Shown here piece after piece: positions 13,738 through 27,456 of a stretch of DNA of 64,000 bases (its first letter is position 1; the number at the start of each line of letters is the position of its first letter). Below the pieces are notes generated by a model. It saw only the letters and a program-made list of their open reading frames with translations, searched no databases and was not told the origin of the DNA. Position numbers and translations under genes: made by a program. The stretch lies in NCBI RefSeq assembly GCF_001194135.2, contig NC_068993.1, positions 52,903,744 through 52,967,743 of the forward strand, written 5' to 3'. This DNA is from Octopus bimaculoides. Its lineage: Eukaryota.

Positions 13738-13797
13738 ATTATCTGTATTATTATCTGTATTATTATCTGTATTATTATCTGTATTATTATCTGTATT
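13738..13797. repeat. 12-bp minisatellite (ATTATCTGTATT)x5
   Basis: Five exact copies between an RTE tail and the 3' end of a SINE-A. Confidence 0.97.
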
Positions 13798-13799
13798 AT

Positions 13800-14207
13800 T
13801 TTATCTTTTGCTTCAGTCACTAGACTGTGGCCATGCTGGGTTGCCACCTTGAAGAATTGTAGTCAAACTTATCAACCCCAGCACTTACTATATTTTTGTA
13901 AAGCATGGTACTTATTCTATCGGTCCCTTTTGCTGAACAGCTAAGTTAGGGGGACATAAACACACCCACACCAGTTGTCTAGCAGTGGTGGGTGGACAAA
14001 CACAGACACAAAGATACATGTACACACACACACACACATATATTCAACAGGTTCCATTCAGTTTCGATCTACCAAATCCACTCACAAGGCTTTAGTTAGC
14101 CTAAGGTTATAATAAAAGACACTTGCCCAAGGTGCCATACAGTGGAACTGAACTCAGAACCATGTACTTAGGAAGCAAACTACTTACCACAGAGCCACAT
14201 TTGCACT
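13800..14207 (-). mobile_element. SINE family A, full-length copy
   Basis: Reverse complement of the family-A structure seen at 57407-57790. Confidence 0.85.
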
Positions 14208-15196
14208 TAGTAACAGCAAAGTTATTTAACTATACTCAATATTTCCAAAATTAATTGAGACAGAGTGAATGTATTTTAACTCAGATATGGTAGCAAAAGG
14301 GTTAAAAAAGAAGAAAAATAAATATCTTTATCTGTATAGGTTAGCCTATTTTTATCCTTATCTCTAGAGTCAAGACACTATGTTCTGTTCTATTATTTGT
14401 GAATTGGGAAATTTAATTCAGATTGTTTGTTTTTTCTCTCAAGTAATGCGACAAAAATAAAAGACTATGCGAAGGTCACAAGTGATGAAATAGATACTGC
14501 ATACCATTTTCTATTCATTAGAATATACCTTAATGGTTAAGCAATCTCCAAAAACAATGCCCACTTCTCAGCCAATGTATTAAGTTCAAGAGAAAAACTT
14601 GAAGAATATGTAAACATGAAATATAACAAAACAGAGACAGAAAAATAATGACAGGAAAATGACTCTATATATATATCAAAAATGAAATAAGAAATACTTC
14701 AATAGCAGTGCAACATATGAAAGTTATTTGACATCCCAGAGGAGTAACTGATGGAATTACATGATTCACTCTTAGCAATGAGGGAAACCATTTGGATAGA
14801 CAGTCCAAAATATATTCTTCAGAATAAGATTTTTGCTTTCCTTGGTCTTGCAATAAGTAGTACTGGTAGTGGTGGGTGGTAGTTGTGGTAGCAGAAGCAG
14901 CATCCAGATAATGTCATGCAAGAGACCAATAGGAATTTATACTATTGAAGGGACTTCAATAGAGCCCTGAGCTGATTGAGAACATACAACCATACAGTTT
15001 ATCTCTAACTGCACTGATACATAATACAAAAATACTTTACACACACAAGGCATAGTGAATAAACTGTTGTCTAAATTATGCAAAAGTGAAAATAACACAA
15101 TGACATCTCATTTTAACAGATATATTTACCAAAATTGCATAAAAAATATTTTGAAAAAATAAAGAGTAAATTTATTGAATAAAATTGCCACTGGCT

Positions 15197-15590
15197 TCAA
15201 TCACAGCCTCTAGATGACTTAAGAATCTTCTGCAGCTCCCGGATAGTTTCCCTGTTTAAGTTGATGAATGCAGTCATAATCCTTGCCGTCAGTTCATCTT
15301 TGGTGTTACAAGAGGTTTTGTTGGTCTCTTGCTCAACTGCGCCCCACATATAATAATTAAAGAGGTCGCAGTCTGGGGAGTTAAGTGGCCAGATGTTAGG
15401 AGTGATGTGGTCAAAAAATTGTCTGACAGCCATGACTGGGTTCTCCTGCTTGTGTGGCATGGTGCAGAGTCCTGTTGCCAGACATAGGGTCTTCCAGCAG
15501 CCACCCTCTTGACCCAGGGCAGCACTACCTTCTCCAGGCACTTGATGTAGGCCTCCGTGTTGAGTCTGAGGTTGTGTCCATCGAACATCT
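15197..15590 (-). pseudogene. Tc1/mariner DD37D (maT)-type transposase C-terminal relic
   Basis: Two overlapping ORFs give YVWQQDSAPCH...(frameshift)...WPLNSPDCDLFNYYMWGAVE. Spacing fits D37D, with the third Asp mutated to Asn. No TIRs recognised. Confidence 0.8.
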
Positions 15591-17171
15591 ACGATAATCT
15601 TGATGACATAGCTATAGGTTCATATAAGCTTCATACTTGTCACTCACTGCTTGCCTCTTCTCTTTATTTTCACCCACAAAAGATAAATAAATATAACAGC
15701 CCTTAATTCTACTATAAAGACAAATAAAATAATCCTTAACCCTCCTGTATCTGGAAAGCAACAAATTGGCAGAGTTGTTAGAGTAATGACTAAAGTGTTC
15801 CATGGTACTTGTTCTGACTCTCTGCACTGTGAGTTGAAGTCATGCGAAGGTCAACTTGCCTTTCATCCTTTTAGGGTTGATAAAAAAGCAGCAATCCAGA
15901 GCAAAGTGTAGATAGAACAATTAGAAAGCTGAACACGATGTCATGTAGTATCAGTTCTGGCTCTATGCATCCTGATGGCAACACTTGCAATGACGTAAGT
16001 GCTAAGCCATACTGACCCAAGTCAACAATGCTTCCCTTGGATGAACATTGGTGGTGCAGAGTGGAGAGAGTTGCATGTATGGGCTAACATATACAGATGT
16101 GTAGTCACTATTGATCGATGGAGGCCAAGAGAGAGAGAGAGAGAGGTGGGAGGAGAGGGGAGGGAGAGAGCTCGATGTATAGTAGAGTTTTGAAGAACTG
16201 CTTCAACATAGGAGAGAATAAAAAAAAAAAGCTACTTTGTCTAACTTAATATATCAACAATCACCGAGTCAACAACATGGATATGTATTATAAACACTGT
16301 AGATAATAGCATGGGATTTATCTTAAAAGAAAAATACCTCAATGGTCACCATTAATGGTCATAGTGTTGATTTAATTCCCAAGCTTAGTTTTCAATCAAT
16401 GACCATCTTCTGCCAGTTGTGGTTCTTTCAAATGAGGATGTTAAGGATATGTTAAGGAGCGATATGGTTGACAAATCAAAAAATGTTTGTAGAACTTGGC
16501 TTAATAACTTGTAAATGCCACAGATATAAGGAATTCCTGCCATTAGCTTTAAGTTTCAGCTTTCAGTTAAAAGAAACAAAGGCCAAGAGGGAATTAACAA
16601 CTGTTATTGTCAAGAATCTGGCATAACTGAATTCAGTAAGACAACACATACACTGCCCATAATAATAAGAATAGTAATAGTAACAATAATAACAATAATA
16701 ATAATAATGATTTCACATTTTAGCAAAGAGCCAGCTGTTTTTTGAGGGGTGAGGGCTAGTTGATTACACTGATCCCGGTACTTGATTAGTACTTATTTTA
16801 TCAGCCCCAAAGGAATGGAAGGCAAAGTCAACTCCAGCAGAATTTGAACTCAGAACATATATACAGATGAAATGCCACTAAGCATTTTGCCTGGAATGCT
16901 AATGATTCTGCCAGTTCACCGCCTTAAAAATAATTAATAGTGATAATAATAATTTCAAATTTTTGCCACAAGGGCAGCTTGGGGGAAGTGGGGATGAGTT
17001 GATTGCACTGACCCCAGTATTCAACTGGTACTTAATTTATCGACCCCCCCCCCCCCGGATGAAAGGCAAAATTGACCTCAGCAGAATTTGAACTCAGAAC
17101 ATAGCGACAGGCAAAATACCCCTAAGCATTTTGTCCAGCATGCTAACAATTCTGCCAGCTCACCACCTTAC

Positions 17172-17216
<45 letters not shown>

Positions 17217-20099
17217 TTTTTAGTTTACATGGGAGTCTTGATGCTACATTCCTGGATCAGTCTCTGAATATTAAGCCATATTTACATGAAAATTCCACAA
17301 GGTATTTTAGAAAACAAATTATTTTCTTTTCTATTTTTTGTTATTCCTATGAGGTCAATAAGACCTTCAAAGACTAATTCAATTACTTGACGTATAATTA
17401 ATTTTAGAGGTCTGCTCATTTCAGATTCAATTCTGTAACTTACAAGACTGAACACTGGCATGTCACAGAAGTGACAATCCAAATTCAACTTTAAAAAATT
17501 TCAACATATGTTGTTTGTTTGGTTTGGTTTTCTTTTTTTGCATTTTGTTTTCCTTTCAGATAAAATTTTACCCCCATTTGGTTTAGGAATTTAGTTGCCT
17601 TCATGTGTTTACGGAAGTTATAAAACTTTAGAAATATTTGTCTCTTTTTTCATACCACAACATATATCAAAAAACCTTTTAAAGCAGCAAGCTGTTTATA
17701 GTTTCCCTCTTTTCTCTTTCTTCATAGATCAGAACCCCCCATCCCAACTCACCATATGTCCCCAAAGAATTTTAAACAAAAACACAAATATCTAGCAGCA
17801 GGCAAAGTTAAACTAATCTTGATTGTCCCCAATTGATTAGCTAGAATAACAACAAAATAGAAACCAGTCAAATTAGATAGCTAGTATAGAAATTTATATT
17901 TTTTTTATGCTTTAGGAAGCTTATAAATAAATTCAAGAGGGCCAATGGCATAAATTTAGATAAAGAAACTAAAGAATGATATATTAAATGACAGTATGTG
18001 AAAAATTCTCAGTTAACTGAAATTTCCTTTAGACTAGAGAAAGAAAACAAAAGCCTAGCAGTAACTGTTAGTAATACCCACAGAAAAAAAATGAGAAGAT
18101 AATTTCAAGAAACCAAAAACCAATTTCAGAAAATTTGCTTAGAGGAAAATCTGACCTTTGCAGGCATGTTTCAGACTATTTTGGCCATATCAGCATAGTA
18201 TAGCTTACACAAGCCTCTTTTCTGAGAAGAGTTACAATTTTTTTAGTCAGTATGAAAAACCTACACAACTTATTATATATGTATATATATATATAACTAT
18301 CTTTATTCTCGAAAGGTAATAACTGTATTGCTGAAAGGGATCAGTTTGTAGCATTGAGCTTTTGGAAGCAGAATCATCTTAGATAATTCTTATCCAATCT
18401 ATGTCACTATGGAAAAAGCAAATGTAGCAATGATGACAACAATGATCTTGATGGTGATGATAAACGTAATGAGTAAATTTCAGATATTCTAAATTGCACT
18501 ATAATAATATTTATTTCCTTCACAGATCCATGGGATTTTTTAATCCAGGCATCAGAAAAATGTTTTTCCTCTAATGAAGAGAAAAAGTGAGAAGGGAAGG
18601 AATGAGGAAATGAGTGAAAATGTGTGCAAACATATGTGGTTCATGAAAAGCGCAACAGTTTGATGGATAAGCCTAAAGAAATTCTCCCATAAGATACAGA
18701 TGTAGCGTACTCAACTAAGATGGTAATAAGCTGGTTGTAGATAATGTAGTGACAGTGGCAAGAGTCTAGAGAAATTTAGAACATAACCTGTATTCCTACA
18801 AACATTAATTTTACTGGTAGAATTTAGTTTTGAATCAGCAATAAAGACATATGAATAGGGTATATTCATCAAGGATAAGTGGGGTAAATAAGACAGTAAA
18901 TAGATAAGTATTTCTATGTTAACTTGTTATACTTCAAAAATAAAAGAAGTATTTGTTTTTCTACACAGACTAGTACATACATTGCAAATTATATACAGAT
19001 GTGAAGATGATACACATCTAGACAAATAAACTAGACACTCATTATTTATGAGAGACAGGAAGATACAGTTGAGCCAGCTAGAAAGACAAATATTGTTCAT
19101 ACAAAGCAAACAGTTTTAGTTAAAGCCTAAATCTTAACAAAATAACTGTTTTATTGTAAGCTGATATTTTCATAAGATTACATAGATCAACTTTTTGAAA
19201 GTAAAATGCAAGGACAAAAACTGTTTAAATCTTTTATGTTAATTTTTCTCTTCAAGCTTACAGGTACAAGAATGACTTAAATCTTCAATATTAACTTTTC
19301 CCTTTGGGTTTCTATCTGCAAACATGCATAAATTGTTGAAACAACAAATATTTGGCAGTCTGACACTTTAACTGAAGTTCAACTATGTTGACTGACAGAA
19401 CCATACAAAGCATCAGGATATCAAATCAGTGTATTTCCCTTTCCAGTTGAAAGCCTGAGGAAGAGTTACAGAGCAGATCATTTTTTTCAACACTTTTGTG
19501 GTCAGTGGGATAGGCAACAAGTCATGTCAGCATAGTAATGAGCAATCTTAAGTAACAGAAAAGTGCTGTTCATATTGGTGTTGGTGATCTATCATATGGA
19601 CATGGTTTAAGTTTAGGCACAGTCTAGAATGTGTCTGCATGAATTTGTTCACTGCACACAGATTTCTGACTTATTAAATTACATTGAAGAGTTACTATAA
19701 TATTTAGGAAAGAAGGGCATGTAGTAATTATTGTTAAAGAGATAGTATGGCCAGCACGATTAAGGATGTGACTTTCCGTCTAAGAAGATCAAATCTTCAA
19801 AAAATTCTTCAAGTACCACTTGAAGCATAAAGAAATACTGTACTCCAGTAAATTATATGGAAGGCGAGAGTCAGTAGTAGAGAATATGACCTGGAGGAAA
19901 GGATCAGTGCATTAATTTTTTTTTTGTTTTTAACATCTTTTAGTCAAGAAAGAAGGCAGTGCTCACGGCCTATTGCAGCACATTCAAGACTAATGAGCAA
20001 ACAAGAGGAATATATCTTCAAACCAGTGACCTAACCCATCTTCAGAAAAGGAGAGGTTTGTGGTCATGAGTGTTGGGTAATGACTGAAAGAATATGATC

Positions 20100-20480
20100 A
20101 TGAATACAAGTGACTGGCATGAGGTTCCTCTGAAGTAACATTACTCGACAGAGTGTGAAGTTCAGAAAGCAGGGAGTCTCTCCAGGTTGAATTAATACTT
20201 CTCTGCATTTAGAGGTCACAACAGTATTACTACTGACATGTGATTTGAGTGTGGCAGAAAAGAACTGCAAGATAGATTTTTGAAGCCAAGCCAACCTGCA
20301 GGAGATTTAGGGGTTGACCAAAAATGAGAAAGTTGGATAATAAACATAGTCTCAGCTGGTCATGTTTGGGAATCCAGCTGGAAAATCTAATGCCAGTTGC
20401 TTCTGATAAGACCCTATGGAAGAGGTGCCTGAGGACTCTATTCCCCATGACTCTCCCAGGAATAGTGGACAGGGATGGAT
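20100..20480 (+). mobile_element. Very old LINE 3' relic
   Basis: More GC-rich stretch with LSWSCLG and DKTLWKRCLRTLFP, resembling RTE C-termini. Weak similarity. Confidence 0.4.
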
Positions 20481-23400
20481 GGAAAGATTAAATCTTTTTC
20501 ATCCATACATGAGATCCAAGCAAAAAGGACATATGCTAAGAGCAGAGAGTGATTATAGTTTTGAGGTGTCCTCATCTTTTATATTTAGCAGCTTTAAATC
20601 TTTATTATTTTTACATAAAATTTCATTTTATATTTATTTAAACAGAGGATTTGGTCACTACTCAAGTTTCAGTCTCTGCAATCTTTCAGGCATTTAACAC
20701 AAAAAAGTCAAACGGTTACATTTCATAAAGGAATGTAACCATCTGAATTTCTGAATTTGTCGTTTCAAAGAGCAGTATGTGAAAGAAAACTAACAGCAGC
20801 AAAATACTCAGTTTAAATAAGTATCTAAACGAAATATACACCATGTATTCAGTACTATCTTCCTCTTTCATTCACAAATTCTCACATTCGCCGACACACA
20901 CACATATGACCACATGCATGGCTGTGTGCTTCCCAACCTTGCAGTCTCAACTTCAGCCCCACTGTGCAGCAACTTGGGCAGGTGTCTTGTACTATAGACC
21001 CAAGGCTGACCAAATCCTTGTCAGTGCATTTGGTGGACAGATACTAAAAAAGCATGTTGCATGTTTATGTATTGTGTGTGCATGCACATATGTGTTTGTG
21101 TTTATGTCTGTGCTTCCTGAAAAATGGTGAGCTACAGGAATAGCTGCCATTTCCCCAATCATAGACTCCTCACTTGAAAGAACAATGATCTTTTCTGTTT
21201 GGCTTCCACTTTTCAATTCCCCCAATTTTTGTTCCAATTGTTTTCAAATTTGGTGTACTGATATAGTTTTGTAAGCTAATTATGGAAACGAAATTCATTT
21301 TTGCCATAACTTAATAAATAAAAAGCTAATAGCTTTTAAAGCTTGTAAATTTTGGGTAATTTTAGCCAATCGAAAGCCACAGACATATTGGTGCCTATTT
21401 CCATAGTAACAATCCTAGCTTTGTGTTAGTCTGCTTACCCATCTGTTCCTGTCCTGTCCAACCATAAGTAGTTTACCTTGTGTTTCCTTGTTTTTACACA
21501 TCTGTTGCTGTCTGAACCACAGTTTTTTGGGGCTTTTGTTTTTTTTTTGTAATTTAATGTCTCACTACAAAATATGTACTGTTTACATGAACTAAACTAG
21601 AGCTTGTTTTTTGCAATGCCTCTTCCAACATTTCACATGACTTCATTAAAACTTCTGTTGTTGAATAATTTGTCGTTGTAATGTTGCCATCACTCACAAG
21701 ATGCTAGCTTCCAAATCTTGTTTTCTGACAAGGTAAAAATGATCAAACTTTAAACCTCTGTAACATTTTTCTAGAACTTTTTCTGGAAGAACTGAATAAC
21801 AACATCAGATTCAATGTGAAAAATTGCATCAATATACCAAATCTGAATATTTTCACTTAATTTTAAAGTTTTAAAAAGTGAAGCCAAACAGAAAAGGTCC
21901 AAGAACAGTTAAGGGTTGGGGCATCAAGGTTGCAAAAGATGCTCAAATAATAGAAGGAGGCGAAGCAGCAGCAATAACACCTAATTATAACAGAGACAGT
22001 CTAAAACGAGTGAGATCTGAAGTGACAGGGTCACCAACAGAACTAACAGGAGTTAACCACTTGACATTGTGTTGAAAGATTAAATGAGGGCAGTTTTGGT
22101 AGGGGTTTAATTTTGCCTGCTTGTTTGTTGCTTTTGTTCTTTTTAATACTAATGAGAAGGGTGACTACTTGAATCTCAACATACTCTGTAACAGCTTTGG
22201 CTTTAAAGTTGGTGCCTAGTGCCATGTCAGTAGACTCAAAGAACAAAGGCTGTTTTCTAGAATGGAATGCAAGTAATGAAATGGAACTTTACAGGTGAAT
22301 GATTGCTGTCCTGTCATCACAGTAACTATTCAACCACAGAGAGAGAGAGAGACTGATAAAAATACTACCCCAAAAACACTTTTGTATAAGCGATCATACA
22401 TACGAAACTAACACACAGACACATAAGTATGCATGCACAAGCAAAGAATACACACATGACAGTCTTCTTTCAGTTTCCATCAACCAAATTTACTCAGCCA
22501 AGTTTTGGTTAGCTTCAGTTATAATAGAGGACACTAGCCCATGACACTGCACAGTGAGACTGTACTCAAAACAAAGTGGCTGGCAAGCAAACTTCCATCT
22601 ACACAGCTACACCCATGCCTATGACAACCAATTCACCTCAAGTGAGCATTAACTATTTTGATACCACCCCTGGATCTCTGTATAAATGTGATCTAAAAAC
22701 CTCCCATCAAAATTTCATGAAAATTTAGATTCTAATTATAAATTAATAACAAGTTATTCTAATAAATACTCCATTATTTTCCAAATTAATTGAAACAAAC
22801 GTAATACATTGCAACAGAAATGTGGTAACAAACAGCCACTAGGTATGTCTTTAATTAAACTGTACCAGGTAACATTGCTTTAAACAGAGAAGAATTCCTA
22901 TTTGATAGGCTTCCTTGTTTCCAAGCACTAAATGGACTGTTTTGATGATATCAAGAATGAATTTCAGACTATCTGATCATGATTTATGAAAAGAACTGCC
23001 ACACATCTCAGACAAGAAGCACAAGTCAAACAACACTGGAATGTATGAGAGAAAAAGAGAGAGAGAGAGACAGACAGACAGAAGGGGAGGGGGATCCTTA
23101 GCAGTAAAAAGCCTTCCTAAAAATGTTCTTAGTAACAGCTTTCTAGACATAATAGTTCAGTTTTTGGACCATGATCTTTCGTATTATTGATTCAAGAAAA
23201 GTTATTTAAGGTAATTTATATAAATGTAAACCTTTCTCATGAATAGTGGCATTAGTTGAAACAGCTCACTATATAATACTGCAATGTATGATGACAACAG
23301 TAGCAAAAAAGAAGAAAAAAAAAGATTTAAAAAATCAAAAATAAAAATTCTAACAAAGCAAAGGTTAAAAGAAGCTTTTCTAGTCACCCAGAAGTAGGAC

Positions 23401-24206
23401 ATAGGTCAGTAGGATTTGTCCAGCAATGATAAGTACTAACACATATAATGAGTCAAAGAGTAACTAATCATTTGCCTCTCATGCCTTCTTGAGGCTTAAG
23501 AACTTGTGAATGTTAAGGAATAGGTTATAAGGAGACAATAGATTTACACAAAGACATTCTAAGTGATCTAAGAATAAATGAAAAGCAATAACCCTTTGCC
23601 CTAAGCAATAAGGACTGCTTTCAAGTGAGGGCATGAAAGTGGCTAAGAACATAAGGTGCCGGATGTCAGGGAAATTGGCAGACACGAGATAAGTAGCTAA
23701 GAAAAGAGATAAAGAGAAATTAACAGAAGAAAGGAAAAGAAAAATAAATGCCAGCGTATTCCTTCTCTTCTTATTCACCATCAGCAACACTACCACCACT
23801 ACCAGTGCCAATTTCTACACAAGTATTAAAAATGTAACTCTGACATTAACAATAATATAATATGTGAGACCACAAACCTATCCAAGCTATTCCAGAAAAG
23901 GAAACTGGTCAGGTGGTAATCACCAGAGTGGTGTTAATAGCTATGACAATGGTGGTGGAGCTGGTGGTGATGATGCAAGCAGGGCTATGACAATGGTAAT
24001 GGTGGTGATAGTAAGAGTTTGCAGTTATTTCTATCTCCTTGGACTTTGTTGTTGTTGCTAATTCATAGCCATGACACAGAGGCAGCCAATCAAATGTTCT
24101 GGTGGCATATTGTACTTTCCACCATGTTTGGATATGGTCATGACCAAATTGCTTTTGTTGTGCCTTCTAAAGTTAGAGGCTACTACTTGTGTGTGTTGTT
24201 GTTGTT

Positions 24207-24209
<3 letters not shown>

Positions 24210-24288
<79 letters not shown>
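24210..24288. repeat. (GA)n microsatellite
   Basis: Read directly. Other (GA/CT)n tracts at ~2228-2250, 2433-2480 and 6742-6805. Confidence 0.98.
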
Positions 24289-24294
<6 letters not shown>

Positions 24295-24549
24295 GATAAC
24301 AGGACAAAAAGCAATACTGAGGCCTACAGTGAAGGCAATGAAAAGGAAGAGATGATTGAGGCCCAACACTGGGCGGAGTTCAATATAGGCAATGATTTAA
24401 CAGGGCGGAAATAAACTCATAAGAGTGATCATTCATAACAACAGCTAAACACAGCATATGGAATCCTTGATAATGGATCCAGAAAAAACTGGATTATAAA
24501 TTTTCAGATGTTTCAACAACAGCCATTATTGAAATTTATGATTTCATTC

Positions 24550-24777
24550 TTAACCTTTTAGTGTTTAAAGCGGCCATATCAGGCCAAAATTGTCTTCCAG
24601 TTTTATGCTCAAACCAGCCAGCTCTGACTTCTCACACCTACCCTACAAAGTCATTCTAAAAATAAACAGGGACATCATCAAAATCTCAGAGTTACAAGAT
24701 GCTGTACAATTAACTTAAAACAATGTAATTAAACAGGCTTTACATTTGACAGAGTAATTTAAATGCTAAAGGGTTAA
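24550..24777. mobile_element. piggyBac-type MITE family E copy
   Basis: TTAACCTTTTAGTGTTTAAA ... TTTAAATGCTAAAGGGTTAA. Internal sequence matches 49407-49610. Confidence 0.85.
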
Positions 24778-25802
24778 ACTGTAATTTTTAGTCAATTTAC
24801 TTTCTCAAATAACAGTATAGAAAGTAGGTTGCTTCAGGGAAAGAATTTTTATTTTTCAAACATTAAATTTTTGTTTTAGGATAGACTGGGGTGATTTGTC
24901 AAACATTCAAGTGTGGGGAGAAAGATGACAAATTTGTTTTGAAATTTTAATTTAATTTTGATGGGAAACTTCAGAAATCAGTCATTTTACTTAAAGCAGA
25001 AGACCACATGAACCATGAACTAATTTGACACAGCAAACTACATTTGTAACACAATTAACAAGATTTATTTTCATAAACTTGCTTTTCTTTTTAGTACTTT
25101 GTCTAAGCCATGCAGGCATAGGTTAAACAAATATATCATTGTGCATGGCACCTTGAGAACTGACCAAAGCCTTGTGAGTGGATTTAATAAACTAAAAGAA
25201 GTCCATCATGTGTGTGTGTGTGTATGACTTCAAATGTTAGAGGACGTTAAAACAATTGCGATAATGCTATACAGACTTCATGTCATTAACATATACCTCG
25301 TTTTCAAGAACAGGAATTCTTATTTCACATATCTTCAAGGGCACAAAACCACCAAATGTAAACAAACACAAACACATTACACATAAGAAGCTTCCCTCAG
25401 TTTCCATCTCACAAGATTATGGTCAGGCTGGGAGGTGAAATAAGCAAACTATATGGCAACAATATTTGCAGGTTAATATTGACCTGTTTCATGGAATGAA
25501 GTTGTATTTTTAATTCTTAAATCATTTCAAGAATGTAAGCTATGCCCAGTTTGGTGTGCATGACCACTTTAAACAAACATTCCTGGCAATCTTTGAATTG
25601 GCACATACAGAAGGGATTGAAAATATTTTTCAAATCAGACTAAACAATATCAAAAGTTATAATGAATTTGTTTAGCAAAGTGGGATTGAAACTTTAGATA
25701 TCAACAACTGAACAGAAAAACAACAAATATATAATACAATAGGCATCATGGGACTTCTTGATGCCTTAAAAATATTAATGGAAGTATTTCAGCCTCCAAC
25801 AT

Positions 25803-25833
25803 NNNNNNNNNNNNNNNNNNNNNNNNNNNNNNN
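25803..25833. other. Assembly gap (31 N)
   Basis: N run flanked by AT dinucleotides, likely a collapsed microsatellite. Confidence 0.99.
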
Positions 25834-26070
25834 ATATATAAATAGAACATACCTTAGGCACTGATGCATAAACAACTTAGTGTATGTAAGTGCATGCAGA
25901 TTATGTAAGAGTAATTTTCAATATATTAAAATACCTCAGAAAATTTGAAGTTATATCAGCAATTGTGAAAATGAAAAACATTAATAGCTCCTAACCAAAA
26001 GCAAAAGAATGTCTTGCATGAAATAACAAGAAGTATGAAACAGAAATAGAGACCGGGAAACCAGTACTCA

Positions 26071-26104
<34 letters not shown>

Positions 26105-26380
26105 TTTTGTTTGTTTGGGGTTCTTTTGCCATGCTGGCATGGGTTGGACAGAGACTTACTGAGTCAAAATTTTACGACTGGGTGTTCCTCCTGTTGCACA
26201 CAGCTTAGTGGAAGATTGGATATGAATGACCGACACTGCTTGTATGACAGTGACACTCATTTACAATCATTATGCGATGTCAAAAACAAAGAAACACAAA
26301 CACATTCACACATACAATATACTAAAGTGGTTGGGTTGGAAAATAATTTTACAGGCATATTATAAACTAGACAGTATTCT

Positions 26381-27456
26381 GCTAGAATAAGAATAGCCTG
26401 GGCCAAGTTTAGAGAGCTCTTACTTCTACTGGCGACAAAGGGACTCTCACTCAGAGTAAAAGGCAGACTGTATGACGCATGTGTACGAACAGCCATGCTA
26501 TATGGCAGTGAAACATGGGCTGTGACTGCTGAGGACATGCGTAAGCTCGCAAGGAATGAAGCCAGTATGCTCCGCTGGATGTGTAATGTAAATGTGCATA
26601 CCCATCAGAGTGTAAGTATCTTGAGAGAAAAGCTGAACATAAGAAGCATCAGTTGTGGTGTGCAAGAGAGACGATTGCGCTGGTTTGGACATGTGGTGAG
26701 AATGAATGAGGATAGCTGCGTGAAAAAGTGCCNNNNNNNNNNNNNNNNNNNNNNNNNNNNNNNNNNNNNNNNNNNNNNNNNNNNNNNNNNNNNNNNNNNN
26801 NNNNNNNNNNNNNNNNNNNNNNNNNNNNNNNNNNNNNNNNNNNNNNNNNNNNNNNNNNNNNNNNNNNNNNNNNNNNNNNNNNNNNNNNNNNNNNNNNNNN
26901 NNNNNNNNNNNNNNNNNNNNNNNNNNNNNNNNNNNNNNNNNNNNNNNNNNNNNNNNNNNNNNNNNNNNNNNNNNNNNNNNNNNNNNNNNNNNNNNNNNNN
27001 NNNNNNNNNNNNNNNNNNNNNNNNNNNNNNNNNNNNNNNNNNNNNNNNNNNNNNNNNNNNNNNNNNNNNNNNNNNNNNNNNNNNNNNNNNNNNNNNNNNN
27101 NNNNNNNNNNNNNNNNNNNNNNNNNNNNNNNNNNNCTGAGCGTGACCGTTGCCAGTACCGCCTGACTGGCCTTGTAGGGTTTTCAAGCAAGATCGTTGCC
27201 AGTGCCCCTGGACTGGCTCTTGTGCGGGTGGCACATAAAAGACACCATTTCGAGCGTGGCCGTTTTCGTGCGGGTGACACGTAAAAGCACCCACTACACT
27301 CTCTGAGTGGTTGGCGTTAGGAAGGGCATCCAGCTGTAGAAACTCTGCCAAATTAGATTGGAGCCTGGTGTAGCCATCCCGTTGCACCAGTCCTCAGTCA
27401 AATCGTCCAACCCATGCTAGCATGGAAAGCGGACGTTAAACGATGATGATGATGAT
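26381..27456 (+). mobile_element. 5'-truncated RTE-clade LINE spanning an assembly gap
   Basis: Reads ARIRIAWAKFRELL...MLYGSETWA...RRLRWFGHVVRM (RTE post-RT region). After the gap come the RTE 3' UTR and a (GAT)n tail. Confidence 0.9.
26733..27136. other. Assembly gap (404 N) inside an RTE LINE
   Basis: N run. RTE ORF on the left, RTE 3' UTR on the right. Confidence 0.99.

Noticed and set aside
17540-17595. Plus-strand acceptor followed by KILPPFGLGI*
   Set aside because: Isolated, with no partner exons on the plus strand. Expected by chance.
25520-25640. Minus-strand frame containing KLGI, considered as POMP last exon
   Set aside because: No PH motif, wrong phase and length, and no adjacent stop.
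26498-27387. Long 145-260 aa ORFs
   Set aside because: Their length comes from the 404-N gap. Only the plus-strand RTE frame is meaningful.
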